Below are positions 42,325 through 53,708 of a stretch of DNA of 64,000 nt, one piece after another. Within the stretch, counting starts at the first letter, position 1. The number at the start of each line of letters is the position of its first letter. The position numbers were made by a program, and so were the translations under genes. This DNA comes from an uncultured bacterium (GTDB lineage Bacteria > Verrucomicrobiota > Kiritimatiellia > UBA8416 > CAMZLY01), in contig CAMZLY010000041.1 of the NCBI GenBank assembly GCA_947311825.1, forward strand, positions 2,184 through 66,183, given 5' to 3'. A model generated the notes under the pieces. That model saw only the letters and a list, made by a program, of their open reading frames with translations. It was not told the origin of the DNA and made no database searches.

Positions 42325-42965
42325 GCAAATTAAAATTATATGATATGAATGGAACGGAATCGGGCGATCTTGAATTGGCTGATGAGTTATTGGTTCTTGG
42401 TGTTGGTGATCAGGCGGTGCATGATGTGGTTGTTGCCACTCGCAATGCGGCTCGTCAAGGATCAGCTTCGACTAAGCATAAAGGTGAAGTTGCTGGTAGT
42501 AATAAAAAGCCATGGCGTCAGAAGGGTACTGGACGTGCTCGTGCTGGATATCGTCAATCGCCAGTATGGCGTGGTGGTGCAGCGGCTTTTGGACCAAAAC
42601 CCCGTAGCTATGCTGTGAAGGTTAATAAGAAGGTTGGTCGTTTGGCGTTTCGTCGTGCGTTCAGCGAAAAAGTTCTTACTAACCAGATTATGGTGCTTGA
42701 CGGCTTGGAAATGGCAGAGCCAAAGACTAAGTTGTTTCAAGATTTATTAAAAAGTCTAAAAATAACAACTCCGGTCTTGATTGTGACGGACGTAGTTGAT
42801 ATAAATGTTTGCTTGGCTGCCCGGAATATCCCAAAAGTTAAGGTGCAACGGGCTTCTGATGTTAATGTTTATGAGTTATTGCGTTATCCGCAGGTAGTTA
42901 TTACTAAGGCTGGTCTTGAAGTTATGAAACAGAGACTTACTGATGGTAATGGAGGTGCTGAATGA
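42321..42965 (+). CDS. rplD: 50S ribosomal protein L4
   Basis: 214 aa, conserved. Confidence 0.93.
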   Translation: MSKLKLYDMNGTESGDLELADELLVLGVGDQAVHDVVVATRNAARQGSASTKHKGEVAGSNKKPWRQKGTGRARAGYRQSPVWRGGAAAFGPKPRSYAVKVNKKVGRLAFRRAFSEKVLTNQIMVLDGLEMAEPKTKLFQDLLKSLKITTPVLIVTDVVDINVCLAARNIPKVKVQRASDVNVYELLRYPQVVITKAGLEVMKQRLTDGNGGAE

Positions 42966-43240
42966 ATGATGGACAGATAATTAAAAAGGTCTTGATTACA
43001 GAAAAGGGCACAAATTTGCAGGAGCACAATAAGTATATGCTCGAAGTGCATCCGAATGCCAATAAAATTGAGATTAGAAAAGCCATAGAAAATCACTTTG
43101 ATGTTACAGTGACTTCTGTGAATACTATGAATTATAAGGGAAAACGTAAACGTATGCGTACAGCCAAGTATGGTAAACGACCTGATTGGAAGCGTGCGGT
43201 TGTTACTCTTAAAGAAGGTGAAACAATTGACGTAACATAA
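42962..43240 (+). CDS. rplW: 50S ribosomal protein L23
   Basis: 92 aa. Confidence 0.9.
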   Translation: MNDGQIIKKVLITEKGTNLQEHNKYMLEVHPNANKIEIRKAIENHFDVTVTSVNTMNYKGKRKRMRTAKYGKRPDWKRAVVTLKEGETIDVT

Positions 43241-43304
43241 GTTACGTTATGTATTAATAATGGTTGCTGAAAAAGCCGCCGATAAGTAAAAGGTACGGAA
43301 AAAA

Positions 43305-44129
43305 ATGCCGTTAAAATCATATAACCCAAGGTCGCCAAGCAGACGATTCATGACAGTTTCTACATTTGAGGAACTGACGACTGATAAGCCTGAGCGTTCG
43401 TTGACCGAGAGTAAGAAACAGAATGCCGGACGTAACTCGGCTGGACGTATTACTGTCAGACATCGTGGTGGTGGCCATAAACGTAAGTATCGTATTATAG
43501 ATTTTCGTCGTGATAAGGCTGGGATTCCAGCACGTGTAGCTACAATTGAGTATGATCCGAATCGTTCGGCAAACATTGCTTTGCTTAACTATGTAGATGG
43601 TGAAAAGAGATATATTATCGCTCCGGTAGGATTGAAAGTAGATATGGTTCTTAATTCAGGCCCTGATGCAGAGCCTGCAGTAGGTAATGCGTTGCCTATT
43701 GAAAAGATTCCTCTTGGAACGCCGATACATAATATTGAACTTGAACCTGGTGGTGGAGCTAAGTTGGTTAGAACTGCCGGTGTGAGTGCTCAGTTAATGG
43801 CGCGTGAAGGTAAATTTGCTAATGTAAAACTTCCTTCTGGCGAAATAAGACTTGTTAATATTAAATGTTTGGCTACAGTTGGTCGCGTTGGTAACTCTGA
43901 TCATGGAAGTGTTACTGATGGTAAGGCTGGGCGTAAACGCTGGCGCGGAATTCGTCCGACAGTTCGTGGTGTTGCTATGAACCCGGTTGACCATCCTATG
44001 GGTGGTGGAGAAGGACGTAGTTCCGGTGGTGGGCATCCTGTTTCACCTTGGGGCAAGCTGTCTAAGGGTGGCAAGACGCGTAACAAGCGTAAGAATTCAT
44101 CAAAATTTATTGTAAAGCGGAGAAAATAA
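43305..44129 (+). CDS. rplB: 50S ribosomal protein L2
   Basis: 274 aa, conserved. Confidence 0.96.
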   Translation: MPLKSYNPRSPSRRFMTVSTFEELTTDKPERSLTESKKQNAGRNSAGRITVRHRGGGHKRKYRIIDFRRDKAGIPARVATIEYDPNRSANIALLNYVDGEKRYIIAPVGLKVDMVLNSGPDAEPAVGNALPIEKIPLGTPIHNIELEPGGGAKLVRTAGVSAQLMAREGKFANVKLPSGEIRLVNIKCLATVGRVGNSDHGSVTDGKAGRKRWRGIRPTVRGVAMNPVDHPMGGGEGRSSGGGHPVSPWGKLSKGGKTRNKRKNSSKFIVKRRK

Positions 44130-44132
44130 ACA

Positions 44133-44402
44133 ATGGCACGATCATTAAAAAAAGGGCCTTATGTAGATGAAAAACTTTTGAAGAAGGTTGAGCGTATGAA
44201 CCAGACAGGCGACCGTCGTCCGATTAAGACTTGGGCACGTAGTTCTATGGTTTCACCTGAATTTGTGGGGCATACACTTGCAATACATAATGGGAATAAG
44301 CATCTCTCTATATTTGTTACAGAGAATATGGTTGGTCATCGTTTGGGTGAGTTTGCGCCTACCCGGACATTCCGTCGGCATGGAGCGCATACAAACAAAT
44401 AG
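44133..44402 (+). CDS. rpsS: 30S ribosomal protein S19
   Basis: 89 aa. Confidence 0.95.
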   Translation: MARSLKKGPYVDEKLLKKVERMNQTGDRRPIKTWARSSMVSPEFVGHTLAIHNGNKHLSIFVTENMVGHRLGEFAPTRTFRRHGAHTNK

Positions 44403-44417
44403 AGGTGGGGTTAGGTT

Positions 44418-44759
44418 ATGGATGTTTCGGCAACCACAAAATTTGTAAGAATATCGCCAACAAAAGTGCGAGATTTAGCACGTCAGATGCAGGGATTACC
44501 AGTAGATGCCGCATTACGTGTTGTTAGTTTAAGTGCGCGTAAGGGTGCTTTTCATTTGACGAAAACTTTGAAGTCAGCAATCGCTAATGCGGAAAATAAT
44601 GCAGATTTAGAAGTTAACAATTTGATTGTCAAGATGGCAGTAGTTGACGAGGGACCTCGGTTGAAGCGTCACTGGCCACGGGCAAGGGGCATGGTTAGCC
44701 CGGTTATTAAACGTATGTGTCACATCAAGGTGGTGTTGACTGATGGTATCGATAATTAA
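44418..44759 (+). CDS. rplV: 50S ribosomal protein L22
   Basis: 113 aa. Confidence 0.93.
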   Translation: MDVSATTKFVRISPTKVRDLARQMQGLPVDAALRVVSLSARKGAFHLTKTLKSAIANAENNADLEVNNLIVKMAVVDEGPRLKRHWPRARGMVSPVIKRMCHIKVVLTDGIDN

Positions 44760-44815
44760 GACGCAGAGCCTATTTTTTTTAAGGTTTAGTGTTATTTAAA
44801 GTAAGGAGCAGAACG

Positions 44816-45472
44816 TTGGGACAGAAAGTAAACCCGATCGGTTTACGGGTAGCCGTAAACAAGAACTGGAAGTCGCGCTGGTTCAGTGATAAGAAAAACT
44901 TTGGCGATATGCTCAATGAGGATTTAAAAATCCGTGGGCATGTTAAAAAACGTCTGGAAAATGCCGCCGTGTCTGATGTACGGATTGAGCGTTATGCCAA
45001 CCGTGTGCGTGTAAATGTGCATACGGCTCGCCCTGGTATTGTTATTGGTAGAAAAGGCCAGGATATTGAGCGTATTCGTGCTGAACTGGCAAAGATGACC
45101 AATAAAGAAATTTATATTGAGATTCGTGAGGTAAAGAATGCTGATGCTGATGCACAGTTGGTTGCAGAGAATATTGCAACACAGTTGGTTCGCAGAATTT
45201 CTTTACGTCGTGCGATGAAGCGGGCGATTAAGTCTGCAATGGATGCTGGCTGTATCGGAGTAAAGATTTCTGCCGGTGGTCGTTTGAATGGTGCGGAACT
45301 GGCTCGTACTGAGTCATATAAAGAGGGAAGTATCCCGCTGCATACATTACGTGCTAATATTGATTATGGAGTAGCTGAAGCTGCGACAATGGCTGGATTG
45401 ATCGGACTTAAGGTTTGGATTTGTAAAGATGCCGATGAAGCTAATATTCGCGGAAACCGGAGGAGAAACTAA
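44816..45472 (+). CDS. rpsC: 30S ribosomal protein S3
   Basis: Probable TTG start at 44816, giving the canonical (M)[10 protein letters not shown], with RBS AAGGAG 8 nt upstream. The track extends to a GTG at 44789. Confidence 0.93.
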   Translation: MGQKVNPIGLRVAVNKNWKSRWFSDKKNFGDMLNEDLKIRGHVKKRLENAAVSDVRIERYANRVRVNVHTARPGIVIGRKGQDIERIRAELAKMTNKEIYIEIREVKNADADAQLVAENIATQLVRRISLRRAMKRAIKSAMDAGCIGVKISAGGRLNGAELARTESYKEGSIPLHTLRANIDYGVAEAATMAGLIGLKVWICKDADEANIRGNRRRN

Positions 45473-45882
45473 TGCCTTTAATGCCTAAAAGAATCAAGCA
45501 TAGAAAAGTGCAGCGTGGATCCCGTAAAGGTAAAGCGACTACAGGTGAAAAGATTTCTTTCGGTCAGTATGGACTAAAAAGTCTTGGTCGTGGTTGGATA
45601 AAGAGCACACAGATTGAAGCATGTCGTGTTGTGATGAACCGCCATATGAAACGAAAAGGTAAGCTTTGGATCAGGATTTTCCCTGACCAACCTGTTTCAC
45701 AAAAGCCGATTGAAGTTAGAATGGGTAAAGGTAAGGGAAATCCAGAGTATTGGGTTGCCACTGTTAAGCCTGGAACAATGTTGTTCGAATTGGATGGAAT
45801 TCCTGAAAAAACAGCTCGTGAATGTATGCGTTTGGCAGATGCTAAGCTTGGTATACGTACGATGTTTTTGACTAGAGATTAA
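45472..45882 (+). CDS. rplP: 50S ribosomal protein L16
   Basis: 136 aa; start overlaps the rpsC stop. Confidence 0.95.
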   Translation: MPLMPKRIKHRKVQRGSRKGKATTGEKISFGQYGLKSLGRGWIKSTQIEACRVVMNRHMKRKGKLWIRIFPDQPVSQKPIEVRMGKGKGNPEYWVATVKPGTMLFELDGIPEKTARECMRLADAKLGIRTMFLTRD

Positions 45883-45909
45883 TTGCATTGGTATAAGGAA
45901 TCAGTAATT

Positions 45910-46113
45910 ATGAAGGCAGCAAAATTAAGAGAGCATACTGATGAAGAATTGCGCCAAGTGCATGATGATGTCAGTAAAGAGCTTATAGAAACAAAAGTAA
46001 GACAAGGCTGGAGTGATGGTGCAGAGCAACCGCTTAAAGTTCGTACTTTACGAAGAGATCTTGCACGGGTCAAAACAGTTATAAAACAACGGGAGTTGAA
46101 TAAAGATGACTGA
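45910..46113 (+). CDS. rpmC: 50S ribosomal protein L29
   Basis: Start taken at [14 protein letters not shown] (typical L29 N-terminus); the track begins at 45883. Confidence 0.88.
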   Translation: MKAAKLREHTDEELRQVHDDVSKELIETKVRQGWSDGAEQPLKVRTLRRDLARVKTVIKQRELNKDD

Positions 46114-46378
46114 AGAAGTTAAAAACAGAGCCTTGCGTAAACAACGTAAAGGGAAGGTGGTAAGCAAGAGTGGCGACAAGAGTATTGTTGTTGTTGTTGA
46201 AAGTCGTAAGCCACATCCGCTGTATGGCAAGATCATTAAGCAGGCCAGCAAATTTCATGCACATGATGAAGAAAATGCTGCAAATGTGGGTGATACTGTT
46301 GTGATTATGGAAACACGTCCCATAAGCAAGCTGAAAAGATGGCGTTTAGTGGAAGTGACGGAAAAGGCGAAAGTCTAA
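46106..46378 (+). CDS. rpsQ: 30S ribosomal protein S17
   Basis: 90 aa. Confidence 0.92.
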   Translation: MTEEVKNRALRKQRKGKVVSKSGDKSIVVVVESRKPHPLYGKIIKQASKFHAHDEENAANVGDTVVIMETRPISKLKRWRLVEVTEKAKV

Positions 46379-46388
46379 GGATCAAAAA

Positions 46389-46754
46389 ATGATTGCTGAA
46401 GAAACAGATTTAGTAGTAGCAGATAATAGTGGTGCAAAGCGCGTTCGCTGTTTCCGGATTTTGGGGCAGCGCAAGCAGTATGCTTATGTTGGCGATATTA
46501 TCAAAGTTGCGGTAAAAGAAGCGCAACCTAACGGTGCGGTTAAAAAGGGACAAGTTGCAACAGCCTTAATTGTAAGAACCAGACATCCACAGACTCGTGC
46601 TGATGGATCGCATCTGCGTTTTGATGATAATGCTGTAGTTATGATTGATGCAACTAACAATCCTATTGGGTCAAGAATTTTTGGACCTGTGGCTCGTGAG
46701 TTACGGGATAAGAATTTCATGAAAGTGATTTCATTGGCACCTGAGGTGTTATAG
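46389..46754 (+). CDS. rplN: 50S ribosomal protein L14
   Basis: 121 aa. Confidence 0.95.
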   Translation: MIAEETDLVVADNSGAKRVRCFRILGQRKQYAYVGDIIKVAVKEAQPNGAVKKGQVATALIVRTRHPQTRADGSHLRFDDNAVVMIDATNNPIGSRIFGPVARELRDKNFMKVISLAPEVL

Positions 46755-46811
46755 AGAGTTAAATTTGGCTTTTTGTTAAAAAAAGCTGTTTTTTGAGAGG
46801 TATCGCTGACT

Positions 46812-47126
46812 ATGAGCGTTCAGAGAATAAGAAAAGGTGATACAGTTATAGCTGTGTCCGGTACTGATATAGGCAAGAGTGGAAAAGTCTTGCAGATTGT
46901 TGGAGAGCGAGCGCTCGTTGAAGGTTTGAACCTTCGCAAGAAAGCACTGCGTAAGACTCAGGACAATCCGCAGGGTGGCATTATAGACAAAGAGTGTACA
47001 ATTGCTATTTCAAACTTGATGCCGTATTGTCCAGAATGTAAAAAAGGTGTTAGACTAGTGCGTAGCCGCGAAAGTGGTAAATCGATTCGGAAGTGCCAGG
47101 CCTGTGGTCATGCATTTGATAGTTGA
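46812..47126 (+). CDS. rplX: 50S ribosomal protein L24 (with a C-terminal CxxC ... CxxC motif)
   Basis: KOW domain N-terminus. C-terminal CPECKKGVRLVRSRESGKSIRKCQACGH is an apparent Cys4 zinc ribbon. Confidence 0.9.
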   Translation: MSVQRIRKGDTVIAVSGTDIGKSGKVLQIVGERALVEGLNLRKKALRKTQDNPQGGIIDKECTIAISNLMPYCPECKKGVRLVRSRESGKSIRKCQACGHAFDS

Positions 47127-47134
47127 GGTATAGA

Positions 47135-47671
47135 ATGATTGGTTTGAAGGAAAAATATAAAGACGAGGTGATGCCTAGTCTTAAGGAAGATTTAGGGATT
47201 ACTAACGTTTCCCGAGTGCCGCAACTTACAAAGGTTGTGGTTAATATGGGGTTCGGGATTATTGATAAAAACGAACTTCAGGGTTTACTTGAGCAGTTGA
47301 CATTGCTTACTGGGCAAAAGCCTGTTGTTAACAAGGCTCGTAAGAGTATTGCTAACTTCAAGTTGCGTGATGGTATGAATATCGGAGCAAAGGTGACTTT
47401 ACGCGGAGATCGTATGTATGAGTTCCTTAATAGGTTGATTAATGTTGCATTACCACGTATTCGAGATTTTCGTGGTATATCTTCTACAGCCTTTGATGGT
47501 ATGGGAAATTACACATTGGGTCTTAAGGACCAGTCAATTTTTCCGGAAATTGATGCTAATAATATTAAGAAGACGCAAGGCATGGATATTACTATAGTTA
47601 CTTCTGCTACAACAAATGAAGAAGCACTTAAGTTATTGACATTGCTTGGTATGCCCTTTGCAAAAAAATAG
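47135..47671 (+). CDS. rplE: 50S ribosomal protein L5
   Basis: Start at ATG 47135 (MIGLKEKYKDEV), RBS GAGGT 5 nt upstream. Confidence 0.93.
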   Translation: MIGLKEKYKDEVMPSLKEDLGITNVSRVPQLTKVVVNMGFGIIDKNELQGLLEQLTLLTGQKPVVNKARKSIANFKLRDGMNIGAKVTLRGDRMYEFLNRLINVALPRIRDFRGISSTAFDGMGNYTLGLKDQSIFPEIDANNIKKTQGMDITIVTSATTNEEALKLLTLLGMPFAKK

Positions 47672-47686
47672 TTGGAGGAAGTCAAG

Positions 47687-47872
47687 TTGGCCAAGAAATC
47701 AATGATAGCAAAAGCAAAACGTGTTCCTAAGTATAGTGCACGTGGTTATAATCGCTGTATGAAGTGCGGGCGTCCTCGTGCATATATGGGTAAGTTTAAG
47801 CTTTGTAGAATATGTTTTAGGGAATTGGCTGTTTCTGGCCAGATTCCTGGTGTAACTAAAGCCAGTTGGTAG
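47687..47872 (+). CDS. rpsN: 30S ribosomal protein S14 type Z (zinc-binding, 61 aa)
   Basis: Probable TTG start giving (M)AKKSMIAK. Zinc motif C-x2-C ... C-x2-C. The track uses an upstream TTG at 47672. Confidence 0.88.
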   Translation: MAKKSMIAKAKRVPKYSARGYNRCMKCGRPRAYMGKFKLCRICFRELAVSGQIPGVTKASW

Positions 47873-47960
47873 GTTGGGCGGTTGCCTGAATATTTTAACT
47901 GGTGTTTATTTAATAAATTTTCTTACGGAAGGTATTCGTTGAGAAATATTAGGAGTTAAT

Positions 47961-48356
47961 ATGAGTTGGTCGGATCCTATTGCAGACATGCTAGTCCGCA
48001 TTCGAAACGCACATATGGCGGAATTAGAAATAGTTGAAATGCCGCATTCAAACGTGAAGAGTGAAATAGCCAAAGTTCTTAAAAAGGAAGGTTATATTAC
48101 TGACTTTGCTGTTGAGGGTGGCGTTAAAAAGACTTTAAGAGTTTATCTTAAATACACGCAGGATCATGATCCTGCTATTCTCGGGCTTAAAAGAATAAGT
48201 AAGGCCGGACGACGGAGATATGTACCTGCAGATGAAGTCCCTAGGGTATTGAATGGGCTTGGAATAGCTGTTATTAGTACATCATCCGGAATTATGACGG
48301 ATAAAGAGGCACGTAGTAAAAATATTGGTGGCGAGGTTATTTGCTCTGTTTGGTAG
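47961..48356 (+). CDS. rpsH: 30S ribosomal protein S8
   Basis: 131 aa. Confidence 0.95.
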   Translation: MSWSDPIADMLVRIRNAHMAELEIVEMPHSNVKSEIAKVLKKEGYITDFAVEGGVKKTLRVYLKYTQDHDPAILGLKRISKAGRRRYVPADEVPRVLNGLGIAVISTSSGIMTDKEARSKNIGGEVICSVW

Positions 48357-48410
48357 AGACCGCACATCGTTACATTTATAAGCCATTTAAGGCAACAGGA
48401 GTTATGGATA

Positions 48411-48947
48411 ATGTCCAGAATTGGAAAAAAACCGATAGAGATACCAGCGGGTGTTACAGTTGATATTGCAGGAAACTGCATTACTGTTAAGGGCCCTGTT
48501 GGGGAATTGAAATATGACATTCCAGCCGACATACAGGTAAAGTTAGATGGAAACATCTGTATAGTTGAGCGTAGTAGTGAAACCAAGAAGGTTCGTAGTT
48601 TGCATGGTCTGGTTCGTAGCCTGATTGCAAATATGGCAGAAGGTGTTTCTAAAGGATTTAAAAAAGAATTAGAAATTGAAGGTGTAGGATTTAAGGCTGA
48701 GGTACAGGGGCAGAAAATTATCCTGAATGTTGGTTTTTCCATTCCTATGGTTTATGTTGCACCCGATGGCGTTAAGCTTGAGGAAAAGGGTGGCACACGC
48801 GTTACTGTTTCTGGTGCTGATAAGCAGAAGGTCGGTGAAGCGGCAGCTCGTATTAGAGGGTTTGCACCTGCTGAGCCTTATAAAGGCAAGGGTGTCAAGT
48901 ATAAGGGCGAACGTATTCGTCGTAAAGTTGGAAAAACAGTGGCATAA
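48411..48947 (+). CDS. rplF: 50S ribosomal protein L6
   Basis: 178 aa. Confidence 0.95.
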   Translation: MSRIGKKPIEIPAGVTVDIAGNCITVKGPVGELKYDIPADIQVKLDGNICIVERSSETKKVRSLHGLVRSLIANMAEGVSKGFKKELEIEGVGFKAEVQGQKIILNVGFSIPMVYVAPDGVKLEEKGGTRVTVSGADKQKVGEAAARIRGFAPAEPYKGKGVKYKGERIRRKVGKTVA

Positions 48948-48998
48948 CCATTTGATATTTAACTTACTTTTATTAAATATTTGGAGACTTAAAAATAA

Positions 48999-49397
48999 AT
49001 GAAGATACAAAATAAAACAGACAGTCGTCGTCGGCGGCATAGACGCGTGCGCAGAAAGATCAGTGGAACAGCTGACCGTCCTCGCATGGCGATTATGAAG
49101 TCAAGCAGACATCTGTATATTCAGTTGATTGATGATGTTGCAGGCGTAACTTTAGCTTCAGTAACAACGGTTGGCACAGCGGCCAAGCGCAATATTGCTA
49201 CAGCTGGTGAGCTTGGGAAGAGTATTGCCGAGGTTGCTGCAACTAAGGGTATTGAAAGAATTGTTGTTGACCGTGGTGGTTTCCAGTTTCATGGTCGCGT
49301 AAAGGCTATTGTTGATGGAGCTGTAGAAGGTGGTCTAAGTATTTTATCCAATCCAGTAACGGCAGAGCCGACTGTAGATGAGAAGGAGGAATCGTGA
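48999..49397 (+). CDS. rplR: 50S ribosomal protein L18
   Basis: 132 aa. Confidence 0.92.
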   Translation: MKIQNKTDSRRRRHRRVRRKISGTADRPRMAIMKSSRHLYIQLIDDVAGVTLASVTTVGTAAKRNIATAGELGKSIAEVAATKGIERIVVDRGGFQFHGRVKAIVDGAVEGGLSILSNPVTAEPTVDEKEES

Positions 49398-49891
49398 GAA
49401 ACGAAAAACCCCAAGCACGTGAGCGTGAAGATGAATTTGATGAGCGCACTGTTTTTATTAACCGCTGTTCTAAAGTGGTAAAAGGTGGACGTCGATTCAG
49501 TTTTAGTGCAGTTATTGTTGTTGGTGACAAAGCTGGCAGGGTTGGTTATGGCTTCGGAAAAGCTAATGAAGTTCCAGATGCAATTCGCAAGGGTTCTGAA
49601 ATGGCCCGCAAAGATGTTTTTAATGTAGTAATGAATGAGCGTACAATCCCACATGATGTGACTGGTTCACATGGCGGAGCACGCGTGTTGTTGCGTGCAG
49701 CTAGTCCAGGTACTGGTATTATTGCCGGTGGTGGTATGCGTTCGGTGCTTGAGGTGTCGGGCATTAGAGATGTGCTTGGCAAATCTCTAGGCAGTAAGAA
49801 CAAGCTTAATGTTGTGAGAGCTACTGTTGATGCACTTCAGCAGTTACGTTCTAGAGATGAGATTGCGGCAGTACGTAATGTTGCTGTTTAA
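49394..49891 (+). CDS. rpsE: 30S ribosomal protein S5
   Basis: GTG start after RBS GAAGGAGG. It is followed directly by rplO, with no L30 gene. Confidence 0.93.
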   Translation: MRNEKPQAREREDEFDERTVFINRCSKVVKGGRRFSFSAVIVVGDKAGRVGYGFGKANEVPDAIRKGSEMARKDVFNVVMNERTIPHDVTGSHGGARVLLRAASPGTGIIAGGGMRSVLEVSGIRDVLGKSLGSKNKLNVVRATVDALQQLRSRDEIAAVRNVAV

Positions 49892-49918
49892 TAATTAGAT
49901 TTAATGAAGGTTTAGGTT

Positions 49919-50362
49919 ATGGATTTACATTCATTGTCAAATACAGATGGAGCTAGATCGAGTCGCATTCGTTTGGGACGCGGTTTAGGCTCTAAGGGAA
50001 AAACTTGTGGCAAAGGTCATAAGGGCCAGATGGCACGTAAGGGTAATAAGCATAAGTTGGGATTTGAGGGCGGACAGATGCCTTTGATCAGACGCTTGCC
50101 TAAGCGTGGCTTTCACAACCCTACTAGAAAAGAATTATTGCCGGTTAATGTTGGTGATTTAGCACAGTTTGAAGATGGTGCTGAAGTTACTATGCTTTCT
50201 ATTCGTGAGAGTGGCTTGGCAAATGGTGTCGCTGATGGTATAAAAATCCTAGGGCGCGGTGAACTTAACAAAAAATTGAACGTCAAGGCTAGTTCCTTTA
50301 GTGCAAGTGCTAAAGCGAAGATTGAGGCTGCTGGTGGTTCTTGTGAGGTTGTAATACCATAA
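49919..50362 (+). CDS. rplO: 50S ribosomal protein L15
   Basis: 147 aa. Confidence 0.93.
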   Translation: MDLHSLSNTDGARSSRIRLGRGLGSKGKTCGKGHKGQMARKGNKHKLGFEGGQMPLIRRLPKRGFHNPTRKELLPVNVGDLAQFEDGAEVTMLSIRESGLANGVADGIKILGRGELNKKLNVKASSFSASAKAKIEAAGGSCEVVIP

Positions 50363-51690
50363 TGTTATCTGCTTTTGCAAATTCTTTTAAAATACCGGAA
50401 CTCAGGCAGAGGATTTTTGTTACGCTTGGGTTAATCTTTATTTGTCGCATTGTTACAAGTGTTCCATCTCCTGGGGTTGATGCACAGGCTTTACAGGCTG
50501 CTATGGCTGGCGCAAGTAAAGGGGGCGGATTCCTCGGTTGGATTGACTTATTCAGTGGTGGCGCTTTAAGAAAAGGTGCTGTTGGGGCGTTAAGTATTTG
50601 GCCTTATATCAGTGCTTCTATTATTTTGCAGTTAATGACTGCAATTATTCCGGCATTGGAAAAACTTGCAAGAGAAGGTGATACTGGTCGCCAGAAGCTA
50701 ACGCAGTACACACGTTATCTTACATTATTTATCTGTGTAATTCAGGGTTTTTTCTTGGCAATTACACTTGAAAAAGGTATGGGGCTTGGTGCTACTCTTG
50801 TTCATAATCCGGGGTTAGCTTTTAGAGTTTTAACCGTATTAACAATGACTACTGGTACTATGCTGATGATGTGGCTTGGAGAGCAGATTACTGACCGAGG
50901 TATTGGTAATGGTATTTCTATTGTTATTTCTGCCAATATTATCAGTCGTTTACCTGCAGCTGTTTATGCGGCAATCGGTATGTTTAGTAAGGTTGATGGA
51001 ACTTCTCAGTTTACTATTTTCCATTTGATAGGTTTGATTATTTTGATTTTCTTGGTAACAGCCGGTACGGTTGCTATGACGCAAGGGCAGAGAAAAATAC
51101 CTATTCATACAGCAAAACGTGTTGTGGGTCGTAAGGTTTATGGTGGACAGAATACATATATGCCATTACGCGTAAACTATTCTGGTGTTATGCCTATCAT
51201 CTTTGCGGGTGCAATGTTAGCATTTCCTACTATCTTATTAAGCAAGTGGTCTGTTACTAGAGGGTTGGCGGCAGCCTTGAGGATGGGTGAACCGTTGTAT
51301 ATTGTTATTTATAGTGCAATGATTCTATTCTTTTCGTACTTTTGGGTTGCTACACAATTTAATCCGTTACAGATTGCAGATGATTTAAAACGTAATGGTG
51401 GGTATGTTCCTGGAATTAGACCTGGTCGTCCAACTGCTGAATTCCTTGATAAGACAATGACTCGCGTCACGTTTATTGGTGCAATGTCTTTAACAGTTAT
51501 TGCGGTTTTGCCCTCTATTTTGACTGCCCAGTTTAAGGTCCCATGGTTAGTAGCAGGATTTATGGGTGGAACGAGTCTTTTAATTATTGTTGGTGTAACA
51601 TTGGATACAATGCGTCAAGTTGAGTCGCATTTGCTGATGCGTCATTATGATGGATTTTTGAAAAAAGGTAAACTGCGGGGGCGTAGATAG
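50362..51690 (+). CDS. secY: preprotein translocase subunit SecY
   Basis: 442 aa, 10 TM, conserved. Confidence 0.96.
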   Translation: MLSAFANSFKIPELRQRIFVTLGLIFICRIVTSVPSPGVDAQALQAAMAGASKGGGFLGWIDLFSGGALRKGAVGALSIWPYISASIILQLMTAIIPALEKLAREGDTGRQKLTQYTRYLTLFICVIQGFFLAITLEKGMGLGATLVHNPGLAFRVLTVLTMTTGTMLMMWLGEQITDRGIGNGISIVISANIISRLPAAVYAAIGMFSKVDGTSQFTIFHLIGLIILIFLVTAGTVAMTQGQRKIPIHTAKRVVGRKVYGGQNTYMPLRVNYSGVMPIIFAGAMLAFPTILLSKWSVTRGLAAALRMGEPLYIVIYSAMILFFSYFWVATQFNPLQIADDLKRNGGYVPGIRPGRPTAEFLDKTMTRVTFIGAMSLTVIAVLPSILTAQFKVPWLVAGFMGGTSLLIIVGVTLDTMRQVESHLLMRHYDGFLKKGKLRGRR

Positions 51691-51725
51691 TATACGCTTG
51701 GTTGCTTTAATTTAAGGCTCGGCTT

Positions 51726-52469
51726 ATGGTTATAATAAAAGGCGACTCTGAAATTGAAGCAATGCGTGCCAGTGGGCATGTTGCAGGAATTATTCGGGAT
51801 GCAGTTGCGGATAAAGTTACAGCAGGCATAACTACTAAGGAATTAGCGGATTATGCAGGTGAGCTTATAGTGCAGCATGGAGCAAGAAGTGCATTTTTAG
51901 GGTATCGGGGATTTCCCGGTAGGATATGTGTTTCGGTGAATAACGAGGTTGTTCATGGTATTCCCGGTGGATATAGGATTAAGACGGGTGACATTGTAAG
52001 TTTGGATATAGGTGTTGCTTTGGATGGATTTATTGGTGATACAGCCACAACGGTTATGGTGGAAGTTACCGATCTTGAAGTTGTAAGGTTGGTAGATTGT
52101 ACCAAACAGGCGTTATTCGAGGGTATTGAGAGTGCTTGTGTTGATGGTCGGTTGTCAGATATATCACATGCAATTGAAAGCTTTGCGGTAAAAAGCGGGT
52201 TTAATGTTGTTCGTAACTTTGTTGGGCATGGAATTGGACGTTCTTTGCATGAAGATCCTCAGGTGCCAAATTTTGGGCGTCCTGGAAGAGGGATGAAGTT
52301 GCGGCATGGCATGACGCTGGCTATAGAACCAATGGTGAATTTTGGGTGTGGTGATGTTGAGGTTCAGTCGGATGGCTGGACAGTTTTAACAAAAGACAGG
52401 AAGTTGTCTGCTCATTTTGAGCATACAATATTAATAGCAGATGGTGGTGTTGAAATACTCACCTTATAG
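51726..52469 (+). CDS. map: type I methionine aminopeptidase
   Basis: 247 aa with conserved metal ligands; follows secY directly (no adk). Confidence 0.92.
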   Translation: MVIIKGDSEIEAMRASGHVAGIIRDAVADKVTAGITTKELADYAGELIVQHGARSAFLGYRGFPGRICVSVNNEVVHGIPGGYRIKTGDIVSLDIGVALDGFIGDTATTVMVEVTDLEVVRLVDCTKQALFEGIESACVDGRLSDISHAIESFAVKSGFNVVRNFVGHGIGRSLHEDPQVPNFGRPGRGMKLRHGMTLAIEPMVNFGCGDVEVQSDGWTVLTKDRKLSAHFEHTILIADGGVEILTL

Positions 52470-52569
52470 AAAAAAATAAAATTATATGGACTTTCTCGGG
52501 GAAAGTAGCTAGATTCTTGCGTTTTTGTAGCCAAAAGGCAGGTAGGAGAAATCCAGAAAGTATTTTGAG

Positions 52570-52683
52570 ATGAAAGTTAGAAGTTCAGTTAGAAGAATTT
52601 GCGAACAGTGCAAGGTCATTCGTCGTAAGGGCGTTGTACGTGTTTTGTGTACAAATCCACGTCATAAACAAAGACAGGGTTAA
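52570..52683 (+). CDS. rpmJ: 50S ribosomal protein L36
   Basis: 37 aa ORF, not in the track: [37 protein letters not shown]. Confidence 0.9.
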   Translation: MKVRSSVRRICEQCKVIRRKGVVRVLCTNPRHKQRQG

Positions 52684-52745
52684 ACAATTAAGTATATTTG
52701 CCACAATGGTTTGGTAGATATAATTACAGTGAAAGGTATATTTAA

Positions 52746-53141
52746 ATGCCAAGATTGCTTGGAGTTGATATTCCGGGACGAAAACGTATTGAGTATTCTT
52801 TAAGATATATTCATGGTATCGGTCCTGCGCGAGCTAAGATAATTCTCGAGAAAACAAAGATTGATCCAGCTAAAAAAGCTGATGATCTTACTTCAGACGA
52901 ATTACGTAGTATTATTTCTGTTGTCCAGAACGAATTTCGTGTTGAGGGTGATTTGTTGCGTGAGGTATCGCAAAATATTCGTCGTCTGATTAGTATTGGT
53001 AGTTACCGGGGATTGAGACATCGCCGTGGGTTACCTGTACGTGGTCAGAGAACCAGTACAAATGCACGGACACGTAAAGGGGCTAAGCACACTGTTGGCG
53101 CTGTGCGTGATAAAGCTGCCCGTGCCGCAATGAAGAAATAG
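52746..53141 (+). CDS. rpsM: 30S ribosomal protein S13
   Basis: 131 aa. Confidence 0.95.
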   Translation: MPRLLGVDIPGRKRIEYSLRYIHGIGPARAKIILEKTKIDPAKKADDLTSDELRSIISVVQNEFRVEGDLLREVSQNIRRLISIGSYRGLRHRRGLPVRGQRTSTNARTRKGAKHTVGAVRDKAARAAMKK

Positions 53142-53162
53142 TCCTAGGAGATATTTTCGATT

Positions 53163-53708
53163 ATGTCTGAAGAAGATAAAAAAGAAGTAGTAGAGGAAGT
53201 TGCCGCTACAAAGTCAGAAGAAGCTACTGTTGCAGTTGAAACTGCTAAAGATGCTACTCCTGCTGAAAAGAAAAAAACTGCAGTTAATCCTGTGGATAAA
53301 ATATTGAATGTTGAAGAACCTGAAGCACCTGTAGTTCAGAAGGCGCGTCGCGGATCACGTGTATCTCCAGTAGGAGTTGCTCATATTAAATCAACATTTA
53401 ATAATACTCTTGTTAGTATTACAGATGTGCGTGGTAACGTTGTGTCATGGAGTAATGCTGGTAGATCCGGCTTTAAGGGGTCGCGCAAGAATACAGCATT
53501 TGCTGCAACAGTTGTTGGGCAGGATGCTGCGAGACAGGCAGTGGCCAAGGGAATGCATGAAGTTGAAGTGCGTGTTCAGGGTGCTGGGGCTGGGCGTGAA
53601 TCAGCTATTAGAGCTATTCAGTCGTCTGGTTTGGTTATTTCCTCCATTAAGGATGTTACGCCAATGGCACACAATGGTTGCAGAATGAAAAAGAGAAGGA
53701 GAGTGTAA
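53163..53708 (+). CDS. rpsK: 30S ribosomal protein S11 with an acidic N-terminal extension of about 50 aa
   Basis: The conserved S11 core runs from about residue 55 ([12 protein letters not shown] ...). The N-terminus [38 protein letters not shown] is extra. Confidence 0.92.
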   Translation: MSEEDKKEVVEEVAATKSEEATVAVETAKDATPAEKKKTAVNPVDKILNVEEPEAPVVQKARRGSRVSPVGVAHIKSTFNNTLVSITDVRGNVVSWSNAGRSGFKGSRKNTAFAATVVGQDAARQAVAKGMHEVEVRVQGAGAGRESAIRAIQSSGLVISSIKDVTPMAHNGCRMKKRRRV